From Candidatus Polarisedimenticolaceae bacterium (lineage in GTDB: Bacteria > Pseudomonadota > Gammaproteobacteria > Chromatiales > Chromatiaceae), in contig JAKISI010000009.1 of the NCBI GenBank assembly GCA_021648685.1, positions 4 through 64,003 on the forward strand: a DNA stretch of 64,000 nucleotides, read 5' to 3'. The notes under the pieces were generated by a model. That model worked only from the letters and a program-made list of their open reading frames with translations, did no database searches and was not told the origin of the DNA. Shown here in pieces: positions 48,014 through 57,343 of the stretch. The position numbers and the translations under genes are program-made. Each line of letters starts with the position of its first letter. Within the stretch, counting starts at the first letter, position 1.

Positions 48014-49174
48014 TCAGGCGATGGATGCGACGACCTTCTTGGCCGCATCGGTCAACCCTTCGGCAGAGATCAGGTTCAGACCACTCTGATCCAGCAGCTC
48101 CCGGCCCTGTGGCGCATTGGTACCCTCCAGCCGCACAACGACCGGGATTGAGATACCCACATCCTTCACTGCGGCGATGATCCCTTCCGCAATCAGATCA
48201 CAGCGAACGATGCCGCCGAAGATATTCACCAGAATGGCTTCCACCTTTGAATCACTCAGAATCAGTTTGAAGGCAGCCGCCACACGTTCAGCCGTGGTGC
48301 CACCACCCACATCCAGAAAGTTGGCCGGGTCACCACCGTGCAGTTTGATCAGATCCATGGTGGCCATCGCCAGACCTGCACCGTTGACCATGCAGCCGAT
48401 ATTGCCGTCCAGGGTGATGTAGTTGAGGTCATGCTTCTGCGCCTCACACTCCTGTGCGTCTTCCTGGCTCTCGTCGCGCATCTCCAGCAGATCCGGATGG
48501 CGATAGAGGGCATTGTCATCAATGTTGATCTTGCCATCCAGTGCCAGCAGATCACCATCGCCAGTCACGATCAGCGGGTTGATCTCAACCAGGCTCATAT
48601 CTTTGTCATCAAACAGTCGGTAAAGCCCCATCATGATTCGGGTCAGCGCACCAACCTGCTTCCCCTCCAGCCCCATACGAAAGGCCGCTTGGCGACACTG
48701 GTAGGGTTGCAGGCCTGCGGCCGGATCGGCACAGACGGTGACGATCTTCTCCGGTGTTGCCTCGGCAACCTCTTCAATATCCATACCGCCCGATGCCGAG
48801 GCCATGAAGACAACCCGCTCGGTTGCGCGGTCAACCACAGCACTCAGATAGAGTTCACGGTCGATATCCAGTGTCTGCTCAATCAGCACCTGGCTGACCG
48901 GCAGCTCGCGCCCGTGGGTCTGGAAGGTAGCCAGAGCGCTTCCCAACATGCGATCCGTCTCCAGCTTCAGCTCATCGATGCTTTTGACCAGCTTCACGCC
49001 ACCAGCCTTGCCTCGCCCACCAGCATGTATCTGCGCCTTGACCACCCAGGCCTCACCGCCGATGGCATTGGCCGCAGATTCAGCATCGTTTACTGAATCA
49101 ACCATCTGTCCCACAGGGATGGGGATTCCATACTCTGCGAAGAGGCCCTTCGCTTGATATTCATGTAGGTTCAT
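48014..49174 (-). CDS. sucC: Succinyl-CoA synthetase beta subunit
   Basis: [18 protein letters not shown]....[15 protein letters not shown]...[38 protein letters not shown]...[11 protein letters not shown] is near-collinear with E. coli SucC. Confidence 0.95.
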   Translation of the reverse strand: MNLHEYQAKGLFAEYGIPIPVGQMVDSVNDAESAANAIGGEAWVVKAQIHAGGRGKAGGVKLVKSIDELKLETDRMLGSALATFQTHGRELPVSQVLIEQTLDIDRELYLSAVVDRATERVVFMASASGGMDIEEVAEATPEKIVTVCADPAAGLQPYQCRQAAFRMGLEGKQVGALTRIMMGLYRLFDDKDMSLVEINPLIVTGDGDLLALDGKINIDDNALYRHPDLLEMRDESQEDAQECEAQKHDLNYITLDGNIGCMVNGAGLAMATMDLIKLHGGDPANFLDVGGGTTAERVAAAFKLILSDSKVEAILVNIFGGIVRCDLIAEGIIAAVKDVGISIPVVVRLEGTNAPQGRELLDQSGLNLISAEGLTDAAKKVVASIA

Positions 49175-49261
49175 AGGCTTTTACTCAATTTGTCGGTAAA
49201 TTTGCTTAAGCTATCAGCAGCGGGGGCAAGCTGGCCACGCGCCAATAGCCCTCCCTTACTC

Positions 49262-52200
49262 TTAATAACCTGCCAGTTTGAGCAATTGCTCACGCACATG
49301 GGCGGATGTCTCTGCCTGCGCGCCACTCTGCTGCGCACTGCTCTGTTGCTGATACTCGCTCTTCAATGCTGCCAGTGCTGCCTCATGCTCTTTTGCCAGA
49401 CGCTCCTCTGTCGCTTGAACGATGACCGCAGCAAAAGGTGTCTTGATACCCGCCAGCTCCTGCAAGGTGCACCAGCTCTGGGCACGCTCGGCAATCTCGG
49501 CGGCCAGCTCGGCATCGACACGGATGCGTTGTCTCTCACCACCCTCTTCCGGCAGCTGAATAAACGGCGTTTTCCCCTGACGCGCATCAACCTCCAGTCC
49601 CAGCCAGAGATCCAGTGCGGTTGGCGCTGGGTCTTCGCTGGTGATCGGTACAAAGCGACTCGCAAAACGGCTTTCACTCAATGCCCACTGCACGGGGGTA
49701 AACGGTGTACCATCCTCATTGGCAAGCCAGGGGGCATTCAGCTCCGGGTTCCCTTCCAGCGTGATGCGGGAGCCAAACACTCCTTCCGCAGCAGGATTAT
49801 ATCTAAATAGTGGAAAGGCACGACTGTTCAGCGCAAGCTCCGCCTGTTGCAGGGTCTGGCTTACGGAAAAACCGTGTCGCCCTGGGCTGGGAACATGCAG
49901 ATGAATCAGCGCTGGCCCTTTGTATTTAAGGGCTTCCCGTACGCTTTGACGGAGATGATCCGCTGCTGCGATAGAGCTCTGAGCCACATAGGCCACTCGC
50001 TGCGCCATCGCCATCAACCCCAGATCTGCCTTGGGATCACGCGATGATGCCACCGCAGCATCCCTCAGATCGCCACTGTCCAGGCCAAAACCCAGGTCGG
50101 CAAGCAGCAGGATCTTTACCGGCAGTCCGGATTTCAACAACCAGGCTACCTGTGAAAAACCACGCCCGGCCAGTGTCTCATCATTGCCTACCAGCAACAG
50201 CGGCGGGCAGAGCGCACGCTCCTGATCGTTCAGATCCTGCCAGCCCAGCCCATCCAGCTCATCGCGTAGCTGTTGGATGCCAGTAGGCTGGTCAAGCTCC
50301 AGTTTCGCAGCACGGAGCAGGCGCTGTGCCTCTGTTGCCTCGCGCAACTGCCCCTGCAGCAGACCGGCTGCCATCTGTGCGGTATCGCCCGTGGTGTCTA
50401 TCGCAACCGGCACCTGGAATGGGTTATTGGGGAAGACACCCGCCCAGGCTGCAACCGTGCCTGGCGCAATTGCCAGGCCAAAGCGGGAACGCCCCAACCC
50501 GGTCTCACCCTCCGCAAGCCGCCAGTGCAGCTCACCCAACGCCTTGGCCAGATCAACCAGCCGACGCAGCCGCACCGCGTTGACATTGCCCTCTTCAACC
50601 GAGGTCTCGATCTGGCTGGTCAACTCACCAACATCAACGATTCCACTCTTGAGCTGATCCAGACCCGCAGTCAGGGCATCCAGATTATCCACTGGCAGCG
50701 CGGAAGCGATCTCTTCACGGATCTGATCCTTCAGCTGTTGCAGGGTCTCTGCAATCTCCTTGGTAAAGCTGTGCAGCAGAGGCTGCTGATGATATTCCGT
50801 TGCTGCCAGCGCCATGCGGACGGCGATCTTCTCGCCCGATCCAGATTCAGCACCATCGCCACCTGCCACCGCCATGGCACAGTAGCGTGACAGCATGACC
50901 GCAGCCATTGCGCCAACCTCTGGGTTGTTACTGACTTTTTCTATAATCTCTGAAGGGGTATCGGGGGTGTTGCCCCAAATATCCCAAATCTCACGCGCCT
51001 GTTGCAGGCGTGTCGCATCCTGCTTCTCTGCCTGCATGGAGCCCGGCTCACACACGGTGATGCAGATGCCGCAGTTCTTGCAGGCATTCGGGTTGATCGC
51101 CAGCGCCAGCAGTGCGCCGCTATCCTTTTTCTCTGCTTCCAGGTCGTTAAAAAGAGGCGTGGTGACCGCAACCGGGAGTGCGCCAATCCGGGCGTTGACT
51201 GCCGCGAAGGCCTCATCCATCGCCTGTTTGCGATCCTCTGGCAGCGGCATCTTCTCTGACAGCCAGGCGTAGCCCTCTTCCAACAACGCACTTGCCGAAC
51301 CACTTTTGGCCTTTCTGGTGCGAACCTGGCTACAGATCCGCCCAGCGATTTTTGAACCAGATGGGCGCAGGGCATCGCCACCGGCAATCTTGATGCCGGC
51401 ATCGATCAGTGCCGCCGGGGTCACGGCGACCGCGCCGATGGCGCCTTCCGGGCAGCTGCTCCAGCATTTTCCACAACCTGTACACTCGGTTGGGTCAAAT
51501 GCAGGCAGCATACGGCGGGTATCACTCAGGTCACGAAAGGTCGAGGTCAGCGGCGGCAGGGTGCCGGCCGTGATATAGGGGTCGGCGGTCTGCGCGTCAG
51601 CCTCACCGTCACGGTAGAGGATGCCGACCTGATCCCAGAATCTGGGCAGGCTGTCGTGGCGCTCGTTTTTGCTCTTGAGCTGGCGCACCGCAATAGGGGT
51701 TGAATCGGTTTTAGCCACTGTGCGAGCAGGCTCATCCAGTGCCGTATAATCAATCTTTCTGATGGCCGCCATGCCGGTCTGAAAGGCGGCCAGCAGCGCA
51801 CTGCTCGTCCCACTGGGGAGGTTATCCAGCGCCTCTTCGCGAGCAGGGATAAGTCGGCGCGCCTTGACATCGACCGCCTCAGCATCCAGCAATGCCTTGA
51901 AGAGACCACCCAGCAGATGTTCGCGGGTCAGATCGGCAGCCGGAATACCTGGTACTTTGGCATCTTTACTGCGCGGCATGACCGCATAGAGGGTTAAACC
52001 TTTCTGTTTGACTGCTGCGCGAGTATCTGCTGAGAGGCCTTGCCATACTGCTTTGTCAGTACCTGCTGACAATATCATCAAGGCACCACCATCGCGCAGC
52101 TGCGTATGGGGCTTGAACAGCGGATTAGGACGTTTGGCCGCCAGAATAGAGAAGTCAACCGTGATATCGTCGCCGCTGTCCAGCAGCCCGCTCCCGGCAT

Positions 52201-53887
52201 GTGTTACCAGATCGGTACAGCAGGCACCCCAGCGCTCCCAGCTCAGGCCTGTCCGGCTGCGAAGCTCACCACCAACCAGTTGGTGCAGGTAGCTTCCCAC
52301 CTCATCCACCAGCCCCTCTCCACCCTGACCCGTCATGCGGTGCACCGCAATGGTCAGTGCTTTTTCAGGGCGCAGATCAGGTGCCGCTATGGTTGAGCGC
52401 AGACCCTGTTTGGCAATCTCAGGATAGGCACGATTCAGGTTATCCAGCAGCACCTGGCGTTTGGGGTAGCTGGTCGATCTCTGCGCAAGGTCGACTCCCA
52501 GATAGTGGCGCGAGCCATTGAGTTGTTCCAGATCCCGGCACAGCGCAATCAGATCCGCACTGCGTACCGGCTGACCACCGACACCATAGACTACGGTACG
52601 CAGCCGAGGGCGGGCCTTTTCGTCCATTGCAGGAATGCCAGGGTGGGTCTGTTCGCCATAGCGGCTGTTCTCTTGCGCCTGGTCAAAAGCAGCTCGTATC
52701 TCGCGGGTCAGTGGGGCATCACCCGCCAACGGGGTTTCCGCACGCTCCAGGACCACAACATTGGCACGGCCACGCAGCCGGCCAACAATCTCAGCAGATG
52801 GAAACGGGCGCACCGCATGGATGCCAACCACACCGACTCGCTGCCCGGTCTCTGACAGAACATGTGCGGCAACGGCCTTTGCTGTCTCAATGGCTGAACC
52901 CTGTGCCACCAATACCAGTTTTGCGTCATCCGCTGAGTAGCGGGGCCACTCTGCGCTATCCGTGCCCAATTCAAAATCGGTTACAGAGGAGTAGTCCCTG
53001 CCCGTCTGCGCGGCAAAATCTGTAATCGCCTGTTGCAGGATGGTCGGCAGATGCTGTTCAAAAAAGGCACTCTGTCCAATCGCACCCAAGGCGTAGACCT
53101 CGGCGCCCTGTAGTGCACCATGCATCACCGGGTTGTCCAGGTCATGCCAGTTCGGCACCTGGCGGCGGTGATCGCCAAACAGCATTTTTTGCGCATCGGT
53201 GGGGGTCGGGATAGCGGCATCGGATGCGCCAATAAATCGCTCTGCCAACTCTTGCGAGGCCAGCCTGACATTTTGCAGCGAACGGGCGGTCTGTTCCCCA
53301 TCCATCGCCACCACACCCGGCACCAGCGCGCGCTCAGCGACGCGACGGGCAATCAGGGTAAAGTCCACCGCCTCTTGCACGGTGGATGCCACCAGTGTGA
53401 AGGCACCGGAATCGGCGCATAGATGGATCGCCTCATGCCCCGTACCCAGCGCCGGACCCTGACCTGAGAGAGCGCTGTTTTCAAGATGTATCACCAGCGG
53501 AAGATGGCGGTTGGCAGCGGTTCGCAGCTGATCCTGAACCGCAGCAGCATCCTGCCCGGAGATAAAGGCCGTAGCCCGCCCACCCGACAGGGCAAGCCCT
53601 ATCGCGGCAGCGAGCGCACCACGTGGCCCATCTGTCTCGCAGGAGCTGATCCGCCCGCCAAAGGCGTTACTGTCACGCTGCTCTTGCTCGGATCGCCACG
53701 CTTGGTTAGCGCCGACCCCTGGAAAGCTACTGCCCAGGGCAGCGGCTCCAGAGATAGCGGCTTCGGTTACGGCAACGGCTGTATTCCCATCCAGAACGGT
53801 CTCTATCCCATCTTCCTTTGCGGCTCTCTTGGAAGAAACAAATAGGCGCCGGTACAGGCGGATGGCCATGGTATTATTACTAGGCAT
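49262..53887 (-). CDS. Giant divergent pyruvate:ferredoxin oxidoreductase (NifJ/PFOR) paralogue, 1541 aa
   Basis: PFOR domain order is recognisable: domain I (LDGNTAVA...SCETDG...FISGQ), domain III (TGQGGEGLVDEVG), two CxxCxxCxxxCP motifs (aa 802-813 and 936-948), and a domain VI-like C-terminal third (GAESGSGEKIAVR; LLVGNDETLAGRGF; FPLFRYNP). The proximal-cluster Cys are replaced and there are large insertions. Start may be Met7 (53869). Confidence 0.8.
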   Translation of the reverse strand: MPSNNTMAIRLYRRLFVSSKRAAKEDGIETVLDGNTAVAVTEAAISGAAALGSSFPGVGANQAWRSEQEQRDSNAFGGRISSCETDGPRGALAAAIGLALSGGRATAFISGQDAAAVQDQLRTAANRHLPLVIHLENSALSGQGPALGTGHEAIHLCADSGAFTLVASTVQEAVDFTLIARRVAERALVPGVVAMDGEQTARSLQNVRLASQELAERFIGASDAAIPTPTDAQKMLFGDHRRQVPNWHDLDNPVMHGALQGAEVYALGAIGQSAFFEQHLPTILQQAITDFAAQTGRDYSSVTDFELGTDSAEWPRYSADDAKLVLVAQGSAIETAKAVAAHVLSETGQRVGVVGIHAVRPFPSAEIVGRLRGRANVVVLERAETPLAGDAPLTREIRAAFDQAQENSRYGEQTHPGIPAMDEKARPRLRTVVYGVGGQPVRSADLIALCRDLEQLNGSRHYLGVDLAQRSTSYPKRQVLLDNLNRAYPEIAKQGLRSTIAAPDLRPEKALTIAVHRMTGQGGEGLVDEVGSYLHQLVGGELRSRTGLSWERWGACCTDLVTHAGSGLLDSGDDITVDFSILAAKRPNPLFKPHTQLRDGGALMILSAGTDKAVWQGLSADTRAAVKQKGLTLYAVMPRSKDAKVPGIPAADLTREHLLGGLFKALLDAEAVDVKARRLIPAREEALDNLPSGTSSALLAAFQTGMAAIRKIDYTALDEPARTVAKTDSTPIAVRQLKSKNERHDSLPRFWDQVGILYRDGEADAQTADPYITAGTLPPLTSTFRDLSDTRRMLPAFDPTECTGCGKCWSSCPEGAIGAVAVTPAALIDAGIKIAGGDALRPSGSKIAGRICSQVRTRKAKSGSASALLEEGYAWLSEKMPLPEDRKQAMDEAFAAVNARIGALPVAVTTPLFNDLEAEKKDSGALLALAINPNACKNCGICITVCEPGSMQAEKQDATRLQQAREIWDIWGNTPDTPSEIIEKVSNNPEVGAMAAVMLSRYCAMAVAGGDGAESGSGEKIAVRMALAATEYHQQPLLHSFTKEIAETLQQLKDQIREEIASALPVDNLDALTAGLDQLKSGIVDVGELTSQIETSVEEGNVNAVRLRRLVDLAKALGELHWRLAEGETGLGRSRFGLAIAPGTVAAWAGVFPNNPFQVPVAIDTTGDTAQMAAGLLQGQLREATEAQRLLRAAKLELDQPTGIQQLRDELDGLGWQDLNDQERALCPPLLLVGNDETLAGRGFSQVAWLLKSGLPVKILLLADLGFGLDSGDLRDAAVASSRDPKADLGLMAMAQRVAYVAQSSIAAADHLRQSVREALKYKGPALIHLHVPSPGRHGFSVSQTLQQAELALNSRAFPLFRYNPAAEGVFGSRITLEGNPELNAPWLANEDGTPFTPVQWALSESRFASRFVPITSEDPAPTALDLWLGLEVDARQGKTPFIQLPEEGGERQRIRVDAELAAEIAERAQSWCTLQELAGIKTPFAAVIVQATEERLAKEHEAALAALKSEYQQQSSAQQSGAQAETSAHVREQLLKLAGY

Positions 53888-54737
53888 GTCGTTTCTGGCT
53901 CTTCTCTTGGCTATGTTCTTCGAACTGGTTACCCTCCAGCCACTTTATCGCCCCGGTCGGGCAGCGGTAGGTGGCTTTTGGCTTTGCATTACCGAGATCA
54001 AAATGCACGATGGGCAGATTGTTCTCCATGACCACTACGCCCGGCTCAGCATCCAGGGCACAACGGCCACAGGCATCACAAGCTACGGTACACAGCGCCA
54101 CTGCATCATCACCAGCTAAGGGGTTGTTGCATTGAACGTAGAGTTTTTCGTTAAGCGGCAAAATCTCAAACAGATCGCGCGGACAGGCATCAACGCAGTC
54201 GCCACAGGCAGTACAGAGATCGACCTCGACCTTTGGCAGGCCATTGTCGTTCATGGTGATTGCACCGAAGGTGCAGGAGATCTCGCAGTCGGCAAGCCCC
54301 AGGCAACCCCAGGAACAGCCCTTGCCACCACCTGCAACCATATCCGCAGCCCGACAGCCATCAAAACCTTTGTACTCCGCAATCTGATGCGCTTCTGCCA
54401 CACCACCGGCACAGCGCAGCCGCGCTACCCGTTTGTTCTGCTCGCCCGCATCCACCCCGAGATATTCGGCGATGCTTTCCAGTACATCCGGGCTTGCAAC
54501 GGTGCACAGGCTTGGCTCTACCTCGCCTGAAACCAGTTTCTCAGAGAAGGCGCGACAGCCGGGTTCACCGCAGGCACCGCAGTTGGTACCCGGGAGCAAA
54601 TCTTCGGTATCGTCGATGCGTGGGTCTTCCTCTACCTTCAGGTATCGGTAGGCCACGGCAAGGACAACACCAAAGAACAGTCCCAGTCCGAGCATGATGC
54701 CCGGTGCAGAAAATAGTGTTCCGAGATCAAATGACAT
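53880..54737 (-). CDS. rnfB: Rnf complex subunit B (long, polyferredoxin form)
   Basis: N-terminal TM and a CGACGEPGCRAF motif, then several 4Fe-4S motifs (CTACGDCVDACP, CDACGRCA...). 285 aa. Confidence 0.85.
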   Translation of the reverse strand: MSFDLGTLFSAPGIMLGLGLFFGVVLAVAYRYLKVEEDPRIDDTEDLLPGTNCGACGEPGCRAFSEKLVSGEVEPSLCTVASPDVLESIAEYLGVDAGEQNKRVARLRCAGGVAEAHQIAEYKGFDGCRAADMVAGGGKGCSWGCLGLADCEISCTFGAITMNDNGLPKVEVDLCTACGDCVDACPRDLFEILPLNEKLYVQCNNPLAGDDAVALCTVACDACGRCALDAEPGVVVMENNLPIVHFDLGNAKPKATYRCPTGAIKWLEGNQFEEHSQEKSQKRHA

Positions 54738-54832
54738 TCGATATTCGCTTCGTTGTCAGGGAGCCAGGAGAGGCGCGGGAAACCACTGCCTCAGGGCAGT
54801 TCGTTTCGCGCCTTGCTCCTATGCGGCAATCC

Positions 54833-57319
54833 CTAGTTGTACGCTTCTGCCCGCTTGATCAGATCATCCAGATCAGGCTCATCCGGGTTCAGAGGTTTGC
54901 CTGGATGGATGCAGTTAGCAGGACAGAACTCAGCCGACTCTACCAGTTGGGCAAAGGTTCCAGCCGTTGCATCTGCAATATAGGCCTGCTTGTTGTCGTC
55001 ATAGACGAACATCAGCGGGTTGAGATTGATACAGTCATTGCAGGTGGTGCATAGAATCGTTTCGATCCACGGATCATCGAAGCTCACCTCTTCCTCTTCA
55101 GGTTCGGGTGCCGCTTCAGGCTCAGCTGCAGCCTCTGGTTCCGCCTTTTCCGTCGATACAGCAGCAGAGGCTGTGGTTGCCACAGCCGGTGTACCGGCAG
55201 CAGGCAGTGCCGCGGAGAGATCCATTCCCACCAGCGCATTAGCCAATCGACCCAGTGCCTCGCCCGCTGTTTCGCTACGGACACGCTCCAGCTCTTCAGC
55301 CTGCTCGCTCTGCATGGCCTCAATCTCGGCAGCCGCAGCCGCTTGCGCCTCTTCACTGGCTCTCTGTACCGCCAGATCTATATAGCGGCTACGCACACCG
55401 GCCAGCTCCTGAAGAGTGCGCCAGTAGTTGCGGCGGTCACGGCAGGCTATGACCAGTGCACGGGAGATCACCAGACGCTGCATCACATCGTTACCATCCA
55501 CCGCCCAGATGAAGGGTACGCTGCTATTGGCCTGCTCTTCTGGCAGCGTCAACCACTGTGCAACTGGCACAAGATCATCTGCGCTATTTCCCTCCGTGAC
55601 CACGCCAAAGTGTGCCTTCAGGCTTGGAATCAGCAGCGCATAATCGGCAAAGGTGAAGGAGAGTTCTGAATGTACTGTGTTGCCGTCTGCATCAACATAG
55701 CTGTAGTTGTGGTTTGGCCAATCATGCTCGGCCTGCGGATTGCCGCTGAAATCCATGCGCGAGGCAAAATCATCGCCTGCATCAGGATTGATCAGAAAGG
55801 CTGGATGGGCGCGCCCTTCCAGTGCGGCACTGGCCACAAACCACGGATCAAGCGAACCGCCTTCGGATGACTTAACGCCCGTGCTGACCAGGTGCAGGCC
55901 GGTGCAGGTGGCATCAAGTGCCAAGCCGTACTGCGTCAGCAGATGCTCGTAGCGTGCCGCAGAGGACTGAGCAACCACAGCCTGGCGATGGCTGATACCG
56001 AGGTACCCAAGCTCCACACGGTAGCGCGCAAATGGATCTTCACCTTCAGCCGCAGCCGGATTACTGTGCGCCTGAACCCGCACCAGTATCTGTACCGGAC
56101 GACCGGAACTCAGCAGCTGCGAAAAGGAGCAGAGTCCGCTGGTTGCGACATTGCTGGCATTATCAATGGCAACAATGGTCGGCAGCAGCAGCAGCTCTTC
56201 CTGAGAAAAACCTTCCCAGCCAAAATTCTTGAACCAGGCATCATGGATCGCAGGCCTGTAGGCATCTCTGCTCTCCAGCCGGGCAATGCGTACCGCCGCA
56301 AAAATCTGAGCCAGTTTCTCTGCCTCTGCATCAAAGGCGGCTGCAGCTACTGCGCAGGGATCCACATCGCTGACGGATGCAAAATCAGCCGCATCGGAGA
56401 GTAGCGCCCCACCCAGTTTATCGGTGTGTACAGCACGCACCAGCACAGGATCGCTCTGATAAGATTCAAGAACCTCCAGTGCAGCTTCAACACGTTTACG
56501 TCGCGCAGCTGCCATTGATGCAGAACCCTGTGTATGGTTCATCATCTTCGACATGGCTGTAGCATTGAAATAGCCGCTTGAAACACCAATGCTCTGTTTG
56601 ATGGCGGTCGACTTCCTTGCCGCAGCTGTCTTGCCTTTTTCCACGGCCAACAGCGCTTTCAGGCTGGCGGCCAGCTGGACAATCTCCTGATGGAATGCCG
56701 CGCGGCGGGGCAGTGATTTGCAGCGCGCCACATGCAGCAGCAGATAGACCGCTGCCAGACGCCCATAGCCCAAGAACTGGCCACCCTCTTCAACGGCAGC
56801 AACCAGTTGGTTCAGGTCGGCCTGCAGACGTTCAACATGCTCACCCTTCAGGTCAAGCTGCTTCTGCAACGCCTCTGCTGCATCAGCAACCAGAGGAGCC
56901 GCATCGACCGGTGCCTCCTGGCCTTGCAATTTGCTGCACAGCTCGCGCTCGATCCAGGCAAGGTTGTCTTTGAGGATGCGCGCGCTTTCGGCAGCGGGCG
57001 CAAAACCCTCTACTACATCACCAAGAAAGCGGGAGAGCGGCTTTGCCAAAACATCACCGCCACTCTGCGCTGGGTAGAGGAACAACGGGTAGTCGTACCT
57101 GACCTTCGAAACATCCCGAAAGCTGTTGAGTGAGACGGGCAGGAACTCGCTGCTCACTTTTCCAAGTGTGGATTTAGCGCCAGGCTCACCCAGATGAAAG
57201 TGGCGCAGAGTGTTCATCAGCTCGTCAGAGGCATCAGCAGAAGCGGGGAGAAAAGGCACTCCTCCCGCGCTTCGCTCTGATTCCTGCAGCGGCTGCTTTT
57301 TACTAGCTTGTGCTGTCAT
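54833..57319 (-). CDS. 828-aa protein: unknown N-terminal region + PFOR domain-VI-like region + Ala/Glu/Pro linker + C-terminal single-cluster ferredoxin
   Basis: aa ~370-645 parallel the C-terminal third of the 1541-aa protein (ELGYLGISHRQAVVAQSS vs DLGLMAMAQRVAYVAQSS; PFIWAV...MQRLVISR...NYWRTLQELAGV vs PFIQLP...RQRIRVDA...QSWCTLQELAGI). The linker is AEPEAAAEPEAAPEPEEEE. The ferredoxin motif is CTTCNDC...CPANC (nt ~54920-55051). Confidence 0.7.
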   Translation of the reverse strand: MTAQASKKQPLQESERSAGGVPFLPASADASDELMNTLRHFHLGEPGAKSTLGKVSSEFLPVSLNSFRDVSKVRYDYPLFLYPAQSGGDVLAKPLSRFLGDVVEGFAPAAESARILKDNLAWIERELCSKLQGQEAPVDAAPLVADAAEALQKQLDLKGEHVERLQADLNQLVAAVEEGGQFLGYGRLAAVYLLLHVARCKSLPRRAAFHQEIVQLAASLKALLAVEKGKTAAARKSTAIKQSIGVSSGYFNATAMSKMMNHTQGSASMAAARRKRVEAALEVLESYQSDPVLVRAVHTDKLGGALLSDAADFASVSDVDPCAVAAAAFDAEAEKLAQIFAAVRIARLESRDAYRPAIHDAWFKNFGWEGFSQEELLLLPTIVAIDNASNVATSGLCSFSQLLSSGRPVQILVRVQAHSNPAAAEGEDPFARYRVELGYLGISHRQAVVAQSSAARYEHLLTQYGLALDATCTGLHLVSTGVKSSEGGSLDPWFVASAALEGRAHPAFLINPDAGDDFASRMDFSGNPQAEHDWPNHNYSYVDADGNTVHSELSFTFADYALLIPSLKAHFGVVTEGNSADDLVPVAQWLTLPEEQANSSVPFIWAVDGNDVMQRLVISRALVIACRDRRNYWRTLQELAGVRSRYIDLAVQRASEEAQAAAAAEIEAMQSEQAEELERVRSETAGEALGRLANALVGMDLSAALPAAGTPAVATTASAAVSTEKAEPEAAAEPEAAPEPEEEEVSFDDPWIETILCTTCNDCINLNPLMFVYDDNKQAYIADATAGTFAQLVESAEFCPANCIHPGKPLNPDEPDLDDLIKRAEAYN

Positions 57320-57343
57320 AATCGTGGAGTCTGCCTGTAGCGG

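Noticed and set aside
48338-49096. 252-aa plus-strand ORF
   Set aside because: It is antisense to sucC, which is near-collinear with E. coli SucC.
46700-49174. sucCD as citryl-CoA synthetase (ccsAB) of an alternative rTCA citrate cleavage route
   Set aside because: Both proteins are near-collinear with canonical E. coli SucC/SucD, including the catalytic His loop, so ordinary succinyl-CoA synthetase is the conservative call. A phylogeny would be needed to revisit this.
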